64,000 nt of DNA from the NCBI GenBank assembly GCA_963774265.1, contig CAVZDU010000010.1, forward strand, positions 320,001 to 384,000, written 5' to 3'. Source of the stretch: an uncultured Chloroflexia bacterium (GTDB lineage: Bacteria > Chloroflexota > Anaerolineae > CG2-30-64-16). Made by a program: the position numbers and the translations under genes. Below, piece by piece: positions 41,827 through 52,824 of this stretch (within the stretch, counting starts at the first letter, position 1; each line of letters opens with the position of its first letter). The notes under the pieces were generated by a model, which had not been told where the DNA came from, searched no databases, and saw nothing but the letters and a program-made list of their open reading frames with translations.

Positions 41827-43931
41827 GGGGTTGGATCCGCAGCAGTTTCGGCCGCCTGGCTCTTGGCGGTAAAGTAGGCATTCAGGACTTCCCCGGCCAC
41901 CGGCGCAGCGACCGCGGATCCTTCGCCTCCGTTCATCACAAAGACAGTCACGACAATCTCCGGGTCGACGTAAGGGGCAAAGGCCGTAAACCAGGCGTGA
42001 GTGGGCAGGTTGCCCTTTTCATCACGGTCGGGCTGGCCGTCCTTGTTCCAGTCGCGCGCGAATTCGGCCGTCCCCGTCTTGCCTGCCAGCACCACACCAG
42101 GCACCTTTATGCGCGTGGCTGTCCCATAAGGGAAGTTCATAGCGCCGTACATGCCCTCGCGCACCACATCGATATATCGCGGTGCGACCGCAACCTCTTG
42201 CAGAACTTGGGGCTCGAATGGTCGGATAACCTCGCCGGTTTCGTCCGTCAGATGATCGACCAGTTGAGGCTTATACAGGACGCCGCGATTGGCGATCGCG
42301 GCCGACGCATTCGCCATCTGGATGGGGGTGGACAGGACATAACCCTGGCCAATGCTCATGTTGTACGTGTCGCCGGTCAGCCAGCTCTCCGCATAGTTGA
42401 TGCGCTTCCACTTTGATGTTGGAACCAGGCCGGCTGCTTCGCCCAGGAGCTCGATGCCGGTGGGCGTGCCCAGGCCGAACATCTTGGCGTAATTACCCAT
42501 GCGCGTGGACCCCAGTCCTTCGAAGATGTCACGGTAGCCGCCGCCGAGCATGTAGAAGTAGATATCATCCGAGACCGCGAGCGCGTGGCGCACATCGTCC
42601 AGTCCGTGACCGTATCCGTACTTGTGAGTCCAGGAGTAGAACGGCTGCGCGAGGGATCGATCCCAGGGTGCGAAGTCGTTGGGCACCCAGATAATGCCGT
42701 CGTTCACACCATCGAAGCCATCGCCGAGCTTGGTGCTTACGCTGATGACACCCTCCTGCAGACCGCCCGCCGCCATGATGATTTTGAACGTGGAGCCTGG
42801 CGGATACTGACCGGCGATGGCCTGGTTGAACATCGGAAGCAGCGGATCGTTGAGCAGCGCTGTGTACGCCTCTGTGGTGATGCCTTTGGCAAACAGGTTG
42901 TTGTCATAACTGGGTAAGCTGACGAGTGCCAGCACCTTACCGTTGCGCGGGTCCAGCGCGATGATCACTCCTTGGTTCGCCTTGGTGAATCCGGACGAGT
43001 TGTCAAGCGTGGTCTGCAGAGCTTGGGTCGCGGCCTTCTGCAAAGCCAGGTCGAGGGCAAGCACCAGGTTGTAGCCGGGAACTGCGGGCCTCGGCTCGCC
43101 GACCGTGCGCACCTTACGGCCGTGCACATCCACCTCGATGATTTGTTCGCTGGGCACACCGCGCATTTCGTCCTGAAAGCTGTACTCCAGCGCGGTCAGG
43201 CCCACCTGATCGTTTTGCTGATACCCCTGCTCCTCATACTCTGGAAGGAGACTCTCCGGGATGTGTCCCATGTAGCCGACGATGTGTGAGGTGAGCGCTC
43301 CGCTGGGGTAGTCGCGGATTGGCTCCAGCACCAACTGGACGCCAGGTAGATTGACCGCATCTTCAGCGATCAAGAACGCGGTGGCCTCGCTGATGTAGCG
43401 CGCCATCGTAATCGGCCGGTATGCACCACCGAGCCGGCCATCCGCGATTTTCGTCTCGATCTCGGCGCGCGGCATGACCCATGGGTCGCGCTCGCGGATG
43501 ACAGAGGCGGGATTTGGTGTCGGCTCCGGTGCCGCCTTCCCCTTGCGTTCCACCACAGCGGCGGGGGCGGGTGAAGGCGTTGCGCTGGAAGCAGGCTGAT
43601 TGAGGATCGCGAGCAGGCGGTTGAGCACGCGTGCGTCGCCTGCGCCCTCCGCTTCGTCGTCTGCATCCTCCGGCAGGTCTCCGGGCACCACAACGACGCT
43701 GAAACTGGGGCGGTTGCGTGCCAGAATCTCGCCATTGCGATCGTAGATGACCCCTCGCGGCGCAGTCACATCCATATCGCGCAGGCGGTTCTGATCGGCA
43801 AGCAGCCGATACTTTTCGCCCGCCACCATCTGGATCTGCCAGAGCCGGCCGATGAGCGTTACGGCCATAATGGCCACCACCAGGCGGAGAAACGCCAGGC
43901 GGGAGTACTTGGGATCGCGGGGCTCGAGCAC
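41823..43931 (-). CDS. mrdA: Penicillin-binding protein 2
   Basis: APRGVIYDRNG, YPPGSTFK (SxxK), SDD (SxN-like), AGKTGTAE. Confidence 0.95.
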   Translation of the reverse strand: MLEPRDPKYSRLAFLRLVVAIMAVTLIGRLWQIQMVAGEKYRLLADQNRLRDMDVTAPRGVIYDRNGEILARNRPSFSVVVVPGDLPEDADDEAEGAGDARVLNRLLAILNQPASSATPSPAPAAVVERKGKAAPEPTPNPASVIRERDPWVMPRAEIETKIADGRLGGAYRPITMARYISEATAFLIAEDAVNLPGVQLVLEPIRDYPSGALTSHIVGYMGHIPESLLPEYEEQGYQQNDQVGLTALEYSFQDEMRGVPSEQIIEVDVHGRKVRTVGEPRPAVPGYNLVLALDLALQKAATQALQTTLDNSSGFTKANQGVIIALDPRNGKVLALVSLPSYDNNLFAKGITTEAYTALLNDPLLPMFNQAIAGQYPPGSTFKIIMAAGGLQEGVISVSTKLGDGFDGVNDGIIWVPNDFAPWDRSLAQPFYSWTHKYGYGHGLDDVRHALAVSDDIYFYMLGGGYRDIFEGLGSTRMGNYAKMFGLGTPTGIELLGEAAGLVPTSKWKRINYAESWLTGDTYNMSIGQGYVLSTPIQMANASAAIANRGVLYKPQLVDHLTDETGEVIRPFEPQVLQEVAVAPRYIDVVREGMYGAMNFPYGTATRIKVPGVVLAGKTGTAEFARDWNKDGQPDRDEKGNLPTHAWFTAFAPYVDPEIVVTVFVMNGGEGSAVAAPVAGEVLNAYFTAKSQAAETAADPTP

Positions 43932-43934
43932 GTT

Positions 43935-44456
43935 CTATACCACTGGCGCCAGCCGCGCTGAGCCGGAGGCCCAACGCAGGATGCGCGCGACGACGATTGT
44001 CAGGAGAATGTTCAGAACCATTGCAGGCAGGACTACCCTGAGGGTCACACCCAGCCAATCGACCGGTACGCCCTGCGCCTGGCGGATGAACAACATGATC
44101 CACCCGTGGATAGGCGTCGCAATCGCCACGAAAACAACGGGCAGCCAGAGGTTGTTCGCATACACACTGGTGCGGCCAATCGAGGCCAAAAAGCATATGG
44201 GCATGAGCGCCAACGGCGAGGCCCCCAGCGGCAGGCCCGACACCACGTCGAAAGCTAATCCGCCGATGAACGCCCACATAAGCCCCTCGCTCACGCCATG
44301 CAAGAGGCTCCAGCAGATAACCATCACCAGGAGCAGGTCGGGTTGCGCACCGAAGAACCGGATGCGCGTGAGGAGAGTCGCCTGAATCAATACTGCCACG
44401 GCGAGGCCTACCAGGGTGAGATAGATATCGCGATCGCGCCAGGATCGTGTGAGCAT
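43935..44456 (-). CDS. mreD: Rod shape-determining protein MreD
   Basis: QPDLLL, GLMWAFIGGLAFD..SG.PLG; operon position. Confidence 0.92.
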   Translation of the reverse strand: MLTRSWRDRDIYLTLVGLAVAVLIQATLLTRIRFFGAQPDLLLVMVICWSLLHGVSEGLMWAFIGGLAFDVVSGLPLGASPLALMPICFLASIGRTSVYANNLWLPVVFVAIATPIHGWIMLFIRQAQGVPVDWLGVTLRVVLPAMVLNILLTIVVARILRWASGSARLAPVV

Positions 44457-44459
44457 GCG

Positions 44460-45341
44460 CTATCCTACGCTTTCGGGATCGGCCGGCTGACCGGGCAATG
44501 GCTCGAAGTTCGTAATGACCAGGACGAACTCCAGCCGGTTAAAGTCGACTGTAGGTCGCACCACGGCCTGCTGATACATATCGAAGTCCTGTTTCTTAAC
44601 CTCGGTCACCTGGCCGATGATCAGGTTTTTCGGGAAATTGCCGCCAAGTCCCGATGTGATCACCTCGTCGCCGGGGCTGACGTCTGCCTCCTGCGCGATA
44701 TAGTCCATCACGGGTGATCCGCCGGCCTGGCCGGTAACGACGCCCACTGCGCGGCTGTTTTCTCGCTTGATCATGGCTTGCACGCCGCTGGAGGGGTCGG
44801 TAATCAGAAGCACCGTGGATGTGGTCGGGCCGACCTTCTGGATACGCCCAACCAGGCCGCGTTCGGTGACCACTGGCATTCCCGCTGCAATGCCCTGGTC
44901 TGTGCCAAGATCAATCGTGATGGCCGACAGGTAGTTGGTCGGCCCACGGCTGATCACGCGTGCGATCAGTTGGCCGCCACGAAAGTCGTAGAACGGATTG
45001 AGTTGGCGAAAGCGGTTCAGTTCACGCAGTTGCTGATTCTCGGTCTGCAACTCAGTCAAGCGCGCGTTATCGATGGTCAACGTGTCAACCAGGGCCTGGA
45101 GACGACGATTTTCACTGCGCAGCGTTGATAAGTCGCGCACCGTGGTGATGACGTTGTCGACCTGGCGCCCGATGTTATTGAACACCCCGAGAAACGGACG
45201 GCTTGCAGTCGACATGGCGCCCTCGACAGGCGCCATGCGGTCAGTTGATGACAAGATGAGGAGGATGACGCTGACTGTCGTCAGCAGCAGGAACAGGACA
45301 CTGCTGACAGAAAAACGGCGGTTGGTAAGGCTGCGCTTCAC
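44460..45341 (-). CDS. mreC: Rod shape-determining protein MreC
   Basis: TM segment, coiled coil, IDLG..QGI..GMPV, GLVGRI, VITSGLGG.FP. Confidence 0.93.
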   Translation of the reverse strand: MKRSLTNRRFSVSSVLFLLLTTVSVILLILSSTDRMAPVEGAMSTASRPFLGVFNNIGRQVDNVITTVRDLSTLRSENRRLQALVDTLTIDNARLTELQTENQQLRELNRFRQLNPFYDFRGGQLIARVISRGPTNYLSAITIDLGTDQGIAAGMPVVTERGLVGRIQKVGPTTSTVLLITDPSSGVQAMIKRENSRAVGVVTGQAGGSPVMDYIAQEADVSPGDEVITSGLGGNFPKNLIIGQVTEVKKQDFDMYQQAVVRPTVDFNRLEFVLVITNFEPLPGQPADPESVG

Positions 45342-45352
45342 ATTTCTTCTTA

Positions 45353-46414
45353 TTAGTGCAGCGTGCTTCCGCGCTGCATACTGGCCAGCGTCTTCTGCAG
45401 CACAACGAAGTCTTCGAGCACCATGCCGGACCCGCGTGCCACACAGCTCATCGGATCTTCGGCCACGTACACCCTCATCCGGGTTTCTTCCGTAAGCCGT
45501 TCGGACAGCCCCTTAAGGAGCGCGCCGCCACCTGCAAGAGCGATGCCGTGTTCCATCAGATCGGCAATCAGCTCCGGCGGCGTCTGGTCGATGGCCTGAC
45601 GGATGGTGTCTACTATGATGCTCACCGAGTTGCGCAATGCCTCCCGAAGCTCCACGCTGCTGATTTCCACAGCTTCTGGCAGGCCGGTGATCAGATTGCG
45701 CCCACGCAACTCGACTGTCAATTCAGGATCCAGGGGATAGGCAGATCCGGCCTCGATTTTGACTCGCTCGGCCATCTGCTCGCCGATAAGCAGATTGTAT
45801 TTCTGCCGGGCATAGGCCATGATATCTTCGTTCATCTCATCCCCGGCGACGCGGATCGAACCGGCTACCACAATCCCGCCCAGAGATGTCACGGCAATCT
45901 CGGTGGTTCCGCCGCCGATGTCCACGATCATGCTGCCGCGCGCCTCGGCGACTGGCAGGCCCGCACCGATGGCCGCAGCCATGGGTTCCTCGATCAGGAA
46001 GGCTTCGCGCGCACCCGCACTGATGGTGGCATCGAATACGGCGCGTTTTTCCACTTCAGTGACGCCGCTCGGGATACCCACGACCACGCGGGGACGCGGC
46101 ACTCGCAACACCATGCGTTCGTGGGCTTTCCGGATGAAGTGATCGAGCATCTTCTCGGTCACTTCGAAGTCGGAAATGACGCCGTCGCGCAGTGGCCGGA
46201 TGGCCACGATGTTGCCGGGCGTGCGGCCTACCATTTCCTTGGCTTCGGTGCCGATGGCCAAAACTTTCTTGCTCTTCTTTTCGATGGCCACGACAGAAGG
46301 CTCATTGATGATGATGCCGCGATTGCGAACATAGACCAGGGTATTTGCTGTGCCCAAGTCGATGCCAATATCAAGGGAGAAAAGGCCGAGAAGCCAATTA
46401 AGCGGGCTGACCAC
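45353..46414 (-). CDS. mreB: Actin-like protein MreB (start may be 46447)
   Basis: IGIDLGTANTLV, EPSVVA, IEEPMAAAIGAG, DIGGGTTE, LAGGGALL. Confidence 0.96.
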   Translation of the reverse strand: MVSPLNWLLGLFSLDIGIDLGTANTLVYVRNRGIIINEPSVVAIEKKSKKVLAIGTEAKEMVGRTPGNIVAIRPLRDGVISDFEVTEKMLDHFIRKAHERMVLRVPRPRVVVGIPSGVTEVEKRAVFDATISAGAREAFLIEEPMAAAIGAGLPVAEARGSMIVDIGGGTTEIAVTSLGGIVVAGSIRVAGDEMNEDIMAYARQKYNLLIGEQMAERVKIEAGSAYPLDPELTVELRGRNLITGLPEAVEISSVELREALRNSVSIIVDTIRQAIDQTPPELIADLMEHGIALAGGGALLKGLSERLTEETRMRVYVAEDPMSCVARGSGMVLEDFVVLQKTLASMQRGSTLH

Positions 46415-46564
46415 GCGAGCTGTGCTCCTGGTGTTAGTTACGCGCAAAGCGTCTCAATGGCGCGCAGAGTCTAAATTATAGCACTCTGCACCAGGATGCC
46501 CAAAAGTCCTACAAAAGTAGCGCGACCCTTTGTCGGAACGTTCCCTGCGTGCTATCATCCCTGT

Positions 46565-48049
46565 ATGAGTACGCTCGTCTCGCGCGTCGCCGCATACATT
46601 CATCAGCATGCACTGCTCCGATCCGGCGATGCGGTGGTTGTTGGCGTTTCTGGCGGGCCCGATTCGCTTTGCCTGCTCCATCTTCTGCTTCAGCTTGCCC
46701 CTCAGATGCATCTGCGCCTTCATGCTGCACATCTCAATCATGCGTTGCGAGGGGATGAATCGGACGCGGATGCGAGTCACGTCGAGACGCTTGCGCAAGC
46801 CTGGGGCATCCCTTGCACCCTTGCGCGAGTTGACGTGCAGGCCGTCGCCATTAAGCACCGGCTTTCGCTGGAAGAGGCCGCACGACAGGCGCGGTACGCT
46901 TTCTTGGCAAACGTTGCCCAGCAGGTCGGTGCGGCGCATATCGCAGTGGGCCACCATGCAGATGACCAGGCGGAGACTGTCCTGATGCACTTCCTGCGCG
47001 GTAGCGGGGTCGCCGGCCTGCGCGGGATGTTGCCTCGGATGCCCCTGTCCGACTACCGGGCGCTGTCGGAGCGGGCGGGTGGAGTGGACACGGAGCTGAT
47101 CCTCGTGCGCCCCCTTCTCGGGGTGCGCCGCGCCGAAATAGAGACTTACTGCGCGAAGCACGCCCTGGAGCCCCGGACAGACCGGAGCAACGCTGACACG
47201 ACTATCCATCGCAACCGCCTGCGCCACGAACTACTGCCCATCCTGCGCCACATAAACCCTGCCATCGATGAGGTGTTGGCGCACACTGCGGACGTAATGG
47301 CAGGGGATTTCGAGACACTGGCCGAGGCGACTCAGTCCGCGCTCAGCCGCGTGGAGATCGATGCGGCGTCCGAGCCTGCTAAGGCAGGCAATGAGGTCCA
47401 CTATTGGCTGGCGGAGTGGCGTCGGCTTCCGATCGGCCTGCAGCGCGCGACAGCGCGGGCAGCGGTGGTGCGTCTCCGGCGTAGTCTGCGCGATATCAAC
47501 TGGGAACACATCGACGCCGCAGTCCGTATTGGCCGCGAGGGCAAGACCGGCGACTCAGCCACGATCTCGGCCGGGCTGGCCTTGACGGTCGGCTATGATG
47601 TGCTGCGCATCGGGCCAGAAGATGCGACGACACCGGGTCTGGGGCCCCAGGTGCAGGAACCGCTTTCGCTCAGTGCTCCGGGCGCAACCGATATCGGCCG
47701 CGGCTGGCGGGTGGCTGTTGAGCTTTTGACCGCTGCAGATGTGGCGCAAGCCTATGGGGTGAACGCCGATACCTGGACTGCCTACCTCGACGCCGATGCG
47801 GTGGGATCGCAGCTGGCCTTGCGTCCGCGACAGCCCGGCGACCGGTTTCAGCCGCTGGGGCTGGGGGGGCATTCGGCGCGCGTCAATGAGTTCATGATCA
47901 ACGCGAAAGTTCCCGCCGCGGATCGGGCCGCCTGGCCCCTGCTGATCGGTGCGGCAGGCATTGCCTGGTTGTGCGGCCTGCGGGTCGATACGCGTTCCGC
48001 AATTGGTCCTGCAACGCAGCGGGTCTGGCGAGTGAGGTTTGAACGATGA
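46565..48049 (+). CDS. tilS: tRNA(Ile)-lysidine synthetase
   Basis: VSGGPDS, HLNHALRG, EEAARQARY, GHHADDQAET, DRSN, RNRLRH. Confidence 0.95.
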   Translation: MSTLVSRVAAYIHQHALLRSGDAVVVGVSGGPDSLCLLHLLLQLAPQMHLRLHAAHLNHALRGDESDADASHVETLAQAWGIPCTLARVDVQAVAIKHRLSLEEAARQARYAFLANVAQQVGAAHIAVGHHADDQAETVLMHFLRGSGVAGLRGMLPRMPLSDYRALSERAGGVDTELILVRPLLGVRRAEIETYCAKHALEPRTDRSNADTTIHRNRLRHELLPILRHINPAIDEVLAHTADVMAGDFETLAEATQSALSRVEIDAASEPAKAGNEVHYWLAEWRRLPIGLQRATARAAVVRLRRSLRDINWEHIDAAVRIGREGKTGDSATISAGLALTVGYDVLRIGPEDATTPGLGPQVQEPLSLSAPGATDIGRGWRVAVELLTAADVAQAYGVNADTWTAYLDADAVGSQLALRPRQPGDRFQPLGLGGHSARVNEFMINAKVPAADRAAWPLLIGAAGIAWLCGLRVDTRSAIGPATQRVWRVRFER

Positions 48050-49244
48050 GTGGGATCGTCCAATTAGCAGCAGGCAAGGACAGGCCCGTACGCCAGGGCC
48101 ATCCGTGGGTCTTTTCTGGGGCCATTCGGGAGACGCGTGGCGCGGCGAAACCCGGTGATATCGTGGAGGTGGTCGACGAGCGTGGCGACTGGCTTGCCCG
48201 CGGCTACTACAACCCGAAGTCGCAGATCGTTGTCCGCATCCTCACGCGGGAGCACGAAGAAGCCATCGACCGTGACTTTTGGGCGCGCAGGCTTCTCGCC
48301 GCATCTGGCATGCGCGACGCGCTCGAACCTGGCGCGGGACACGACCGGTTATCGCCTCGTCTTCGCGGAAAGCGATCGCATTCCCGGCCTGATCGTCGAT
48401 CGATATGACGACTGGCTGAGCGTGCAGTTCCTCACACTCGGCGTAGATGTTCAGAAAGAGCTGCTCGTTGATCTGCTCGTGGATCTCTTCAAGCCCGCGG
48501 GCATCGTGGATCGCTCGGACCCGGTTGCGCGGCGGCAAGAGGGATTGCGACCAGAGGGGGGGCTGCTGGTCGGGCGCACGCCGCCCGAAGACCTGCAGAT
48601 CGTCGAGCACGGGTTGCGGTTCCCTGTGGATCTGCTGGGCGGTCAGAAGACGGGGTTTCTACCTGGACCAGCGAGAGAATCGCCGCGTTGTGGCGCGACT
48701 CGCGCGCGGCAAGCGTGTGCTCAATGCGTTCAGCTTCACGGGCGCGTTCGCGGTCCACGCATTGGCAGAGGGCGCTGCCCACGTGACCAACATCGACACT
48801 TCGTTTGATGCCCTGGAGGGTGCCGAGGCTGCAATCCGGCTGAATCGCTTTGACCCGGATCTCCAGGCCGAGGGGATCCACGGTGACGTGTTCCAGGTGC
48901 TGCGTGGTTTTCGCGATGAGGGCCGGCAGTTCGACATGGTGATTCTTGACCCGCCGAAATTCGCGCGCAGCAAGGCCGATCTTGACGCCGCGGCACGCGG
49001 TTATAAGGACATCAATCTGTTGGGCATGCGGCTGCTTGCGCCGGGCGGTGTCCTGGCAACGTTTTCCTGCTCCGGTTTGGTTACTCCTGATTTGTTTCAG
49101 AAGATCGTCTTCGGCGCCAGCATCGATGCGAGCCGGGCTGCCCAGGTCATTGCGCGCCTAACGCAGGCATCCGACCATCCACTGCTGCTTACCTTTCCGG
49201 AGGGCGAGTACCTCAAGGGACTGCTGGCAAGAATGGTGGATTAG
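48046..49244 (+). CDS. rlmI: RlmI-like rRNA m5C methyltransferase (frameshifts near 48320 and 48657)
   Basis: GHPWVFSGA PUA domain, ESDRIPGLIVDRY, GQKTGF/YLDQRENR, LDPPKFA, FPEGEYLKG. Confidence 0.85.
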
Positions 49245-49350
49245 GTGGCGATATTCGCGCCCTGCGCGCTTTTGCGGTATTATGAGGGCATCGGGTGGTG
49301 CCGGTCGCACGTCCGATCTTGATATCCTCAACCTGACATGTGGAGCCATA

Positions 49351-50511
49351 TTGATACGTTTTCGATGCCTTGCCGTGCTCCTGGTTTTCGCAGCATTGAT
49401 CGGTCCAGGCAGCACTGTCCAGGCGCAAAGCCCTGAGCGGCTGGTCCTGGCTTTCTACTATACGTGGTTTGATGAGCATAGCTGGGGCGCGAACAAAGTC
49501 CCCGATGTCCCGCAGCAGACTTATGTATCGCGCGATCGAGGCGTGATGGGACGGCACATCGACCAGGCCAAGGGCGCAGGAATCGATGCGTTTGTGGTGT
49601 CGTGGTACGGCCCGCGGACGGAGAACAACCAGACGGAGACCAACTTACGTGCGATGCTCGACGAGGCGGCCGCGCGCGGTTTCCGAATGGCAGTTGACGT
49701 CGAAGTGACGAGTCCCTTCTTTGGCGGAACCGGCGACGTCCAGGCCGCGTCTGGCGACCTTGCTGGCCACTCATGCGCAGCACCCGGCCTATTTGCGCTC
49801 GGACGGCAAACCGGTGATCTTCTTCTGGCGGCAGCAGCGTTTCAACTCGGGCACGTGGGCCGCCATCCGCAACGCGGTGGACCCTGGGCACGACAGCGTC
49901 TGGATCGAGGAAGGGGTGGATGTGTCGCCGTTGTCGGTCTTTGACGGTCACCATCTTTACAGCGTGACGTGGAATCCGCCGACCGACATGGCGGAGCACG
50001 GCAAAGAAGTTCGCGCAGCGCACGCGTGCGGCCGCAGCGAAGTTGGGTGTGCCGAAGGTCTATGTGGCCACCGTCATGCCGGGATACGATGACCGGAAGA
50101 CCGGCCGCGGTAATGCGTTCGCGGTGGGGCGGGAAGATGGCGCATACTATCGCGCGATCTTGGCAGGCTGCGATCGGCAGTGCACCGGATTGGATCGTGA
50201 TCACCAGCTTCAACGAGTGGCCCGAGGGCACCTATATCGAAGCCAGCCAGGCCTACGGGACGAAGTACCTGGAGCTGACGGCCCAGTGGTCATCTGCGTT
50301 TCGGGGTTCAGCGCCGCCACCCGTGCAAGCTGTGTCCGCGTCGCCTGAACCTGCCCCCGCGAAGCCCGCGGGCGCAGCCGCTGCGCCGAGGCCGCCTGCA
50401 CTGAAGATCACGCCGCCTGCACCGACGCCGACGCCCGTCCCCACTCCCAGCCGGCCGCCGGTGACGCCTGAACCAGTCTATACAGCGCTTGGAGTGCCAG
50501 CGCGTTTGTAA
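49351..50511 (+). CDS. Secreted GH99/GH71-like glycoside hydrolase with Pro-rich tail (about 3 frameshifts)
   Basis: Signal peptide; LAFYYTWF, RHIDQAKGAGIDAFVVSWYG, MPGYDD, ITSFNEWPEGTYIE. Confidence 0.75.
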
Positions 50512-50529
50512 TGAAAGGAGTCTTGCCTC

Positions 50530-51073
50530 ATGATTGACCCATCGTACATCGCTGAGATCCTGATTCCTTCGGACAAGCTGCAGGCCCGGATCTGTGAGTT
50601 GGGGGCCGAAATCGATCGTGATTATGGCGGGCAAGACCTGCTGCTGCTTTCCGTGCTCAAAGGCAGCGTCCTGTTCCTGTCCGACCTCATGCGTTGTATC
50701 AACACACCGCACAGCATTGACTTCATGGCCACGTCCTCGTACGGTAACGCGATGGAGTCCTCTGGCGTTGTCCGCATCCTTAAGGACCTTGACCAGCCTA
50801 TCGAGGGCCGCAATGTGCTGATTGTCGAGGATATCATCGACACGGGGCACACGCTCGAATACCTGGTGCGCATCCTGCGCGCGCGGCTTCCCAAATCACT
50901 GGAGATTTGCACACTGCTCAATAAACCCAGCGCGGCGCAAGGTTGACGTACCGGTCAAGTACATCGGTTTTGACATTCCCGACAAATTCGTGCTGGGGTA
51001 TGGCCTGGATTTTATCGAGAAGTACCGCAACTTGCCGTACATTGCCGTTCTTGCGCCCGAGTACTATTCGTAA
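50530..51073 (+). CDS. hpt: Hypoxanthine phosphoribosyltransferase (frameshift near 50930)
   Basis: [19 protein letters not shown]; next frame [17 protein letters not shown]. Confidence 0.93.
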
Positions 51074-52049
51074 CAAGCGTCGACCCGCGCTGATTGCGCT
51101 GGGAGCCGCCTGTTTCGTACTCTGCCTGTGGCTCGGCGGGGCCTCCATCGCGCGCGCCGAAGAATTGGTCATCGATCTGCGAGAGACGCCTGCAGCAGCG
51201 TTGAAGCACGATGATGGCGTGGACCCGTTCGCGCCGATCCTCTCGCCCTCCTATCGTATGACTGGCGACCCCACGATGACGCGTGTGCGGGTTTGGCCGT
51301 GGCCGCCAACGCAGGGCGAGACGCTCGCCGTTTCTGTCCGGGCGCGCGAGCCTGTTACCTATACGCTGACCTTCGGAGGCCGTCCGTATGTCGTCCATTC
51401 TGCCGGCGGCACGGGATGGTCGCTGGTTCCGATCCCGCCTCTCACAGCTCCAGGCTATGTCCCCCTGGCGATCCGGGCGGGTGACCAGCAATTCTTGCTG
51501 AACGTTCTCGTTCGCGCTGGCCTTTTTGACGCTTTCAATATCCCCGCGACAGCAGCCGCATCGATCCTCTCAAATGCCGATAAAGTCAGCGCTGAGGCCG
51601 CGCGTATGACCCGGCTCTTTTCGGGCCTGACAACAGGTGGGTGGAACCTGCACAGCCGGTTTGTTGCGCCGTTGCGCGGAGAATTCCGCCACACGTCTCC
51701 TTACGGCTCGCGCCGCACGTATGGCAATGATCCGGCGGTCTCCGCGGACGCGGGCGAAGACTACAGCGCGCCGGCCGGAACGCTGGTGTATGCGCCGGCC
51801 GCCGGACAGGTGGTGTTGGCCGAGACGCTATTCGTGCGGGGTAACGCCGTTGTGCTCGATCATGGGAACGGTGTATTCACCGGCTACTGGCACTTATCTG
51901 CGTTGGACGTCAAGCCTGGTGCGCAGGTTGCCCCAGGGGAACTCCTTGGCAAGGTTGGCAGCACTGGCCTCAGCACCGGCGCCCATCTGCACTGGGAACT
52001 CCGCATCGCAGGGATGGCGGTGAATCCGCTGCAGTGGGTCAGGCCGTAA
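51051..52049 (+). CDS. M23 (LytM) family peptidase-domain protein, exported; start uncertain
   Basis: Signal-like N-terminus; [37 protein letters not shown]. Confidence 0.85.
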   Translation: MRPSTIRNKRRPALIALGAACFVLCLWLGGASIARAEELVIDLRETPAAALKHDDGVDPFAPILSPSYRMTGDPTMTRVRVWPWPPTQGETLAVSVRAREPVTYTLTFGGRPYVVHSAGGTGWSLVPIPPLTAPGYVPLAIRAGDQQFLLNVLVRAGLFDAFNIPATAAASILSNADKVSAEAARMTRLFSGLTTGGWNLHSRFVAPLRGEFRHTSPYGSRRTYGNDPAVSADAGEDYSAPAGTLVYAPAAGQVVLAETLFVRGNAVVLDHGNGVFTGYWHLSALDVKPGAQVAPGELLGKVGSTGLSTGAHLHWELRIAGMAVNPLQWVRP

Positions 52050-52051
52050 AC

Positions 52052-52082
52052 AAAAAGCGCAGGGACGACGCCCTGCGCTTTC
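52052..52082. terminator. Intrinsic terminator between the M23 gene and rplY
   Basis: AAAGCGCAGGG/CCCTGCGCTTT stem with an A-run on the left. Confidence 0.8.
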
Positions 52083-52100
52083 AATCGAGACCTGAGTCGC

Positions 52101-52754
52101 TTATTCGGCCTCTTCCTCTTCCTTCTTACCCCGCTTGACCACTTCCACTTCATCCGCCACCGGAGCTTCCTCGACTGCTTCTTCAACAGCCGCCGCGCGG
52201 GACGGAGTGATGGCGAAGAGAACCTGCTCTCCATCGGTCAGAAGCTTGACCTTGTCGGGCATCTGAAGCTGCTTGGCGAGGACTTCATCGTGCATGGACG
52301 CCAGCGACGACAGATCGGCAACGAGATGTTCAGGGATATCTCCAGGCAAGCACTCGACTTCAACCGAGTCGAGACCGCGCACCAACACCATGTCCGGGTT
52401 GGTCATGGCAGGGCCCTGGCCTTGCGGGACCACGGCGACGCTCACGCGCACCAGTTCGGTCATCGATACAGCCAGAAAATCCACGTGCAGGATGTTGTGC
52501 TTGGTCGGATGGCGCTGAACCTCGCGTGCTAACACGTTCAGCAGCGCCTGGCCCGGCACGCTCAGCTCGATCATGCGGCCACTGGCCTTGTGCAACGCGA
52601 TACCGAGCAGCTTGCGATCCATCGATACTGCCAGCGCCTCCTGGCCCTTACCATACACGACGCCTGGCACGCGCTCTGCATCGCGCACTTCACGATTACT
52701 ATGGCGGCCCGCAGCGCGGGGCTCCGCCTGAATGGTTACGTTCTCCATGTTCAT
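52101..52754 (-). CDS. rplY: 50S ribosomal protein L25 (Ctc-type long form; start 52754 or 52748)
   Basis: VPGVVYG, REVQRHP...ILHVDF, VECLPGDIPE, acidic tail. Confidence 0.93.
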   Translation of the reverse strand: MNMENVTIQAEPRAAGRHSNREVRDAERVPGVVYGKGQEALAVSMDRKLLGIALHKASGRMIELSVPGQALLNVLAREVQRHPTKHNILHVDFLAVSMTELVRVSVAVVPQGQGPAMTNPDMVLVRGLDSVEVECLPGDIPEHLVADLSSLASMHDEVLAKQLQMPDKVKLLTDGEQVLFAITPSRAAAVEEAVEEAPVADEVEVVKRGKKEEEEAE

Positions 52755-52781
52755 GTTCTCCCTTAATGAATGCAACACTTT

Positions 52782-52810
52782 ATTCTATCGCAGAGCGGAC
52801 TTTTCGTCAA
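52782..52810 (-). promoter_or_regulatory. Sigma-70-type promoter of rplY
   Basis: Minus strand TTGACG-17 nt-TAGAAT. Confidence 0.72.
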
Positions 52811-52824
52811 AAGAATGGGCATGG

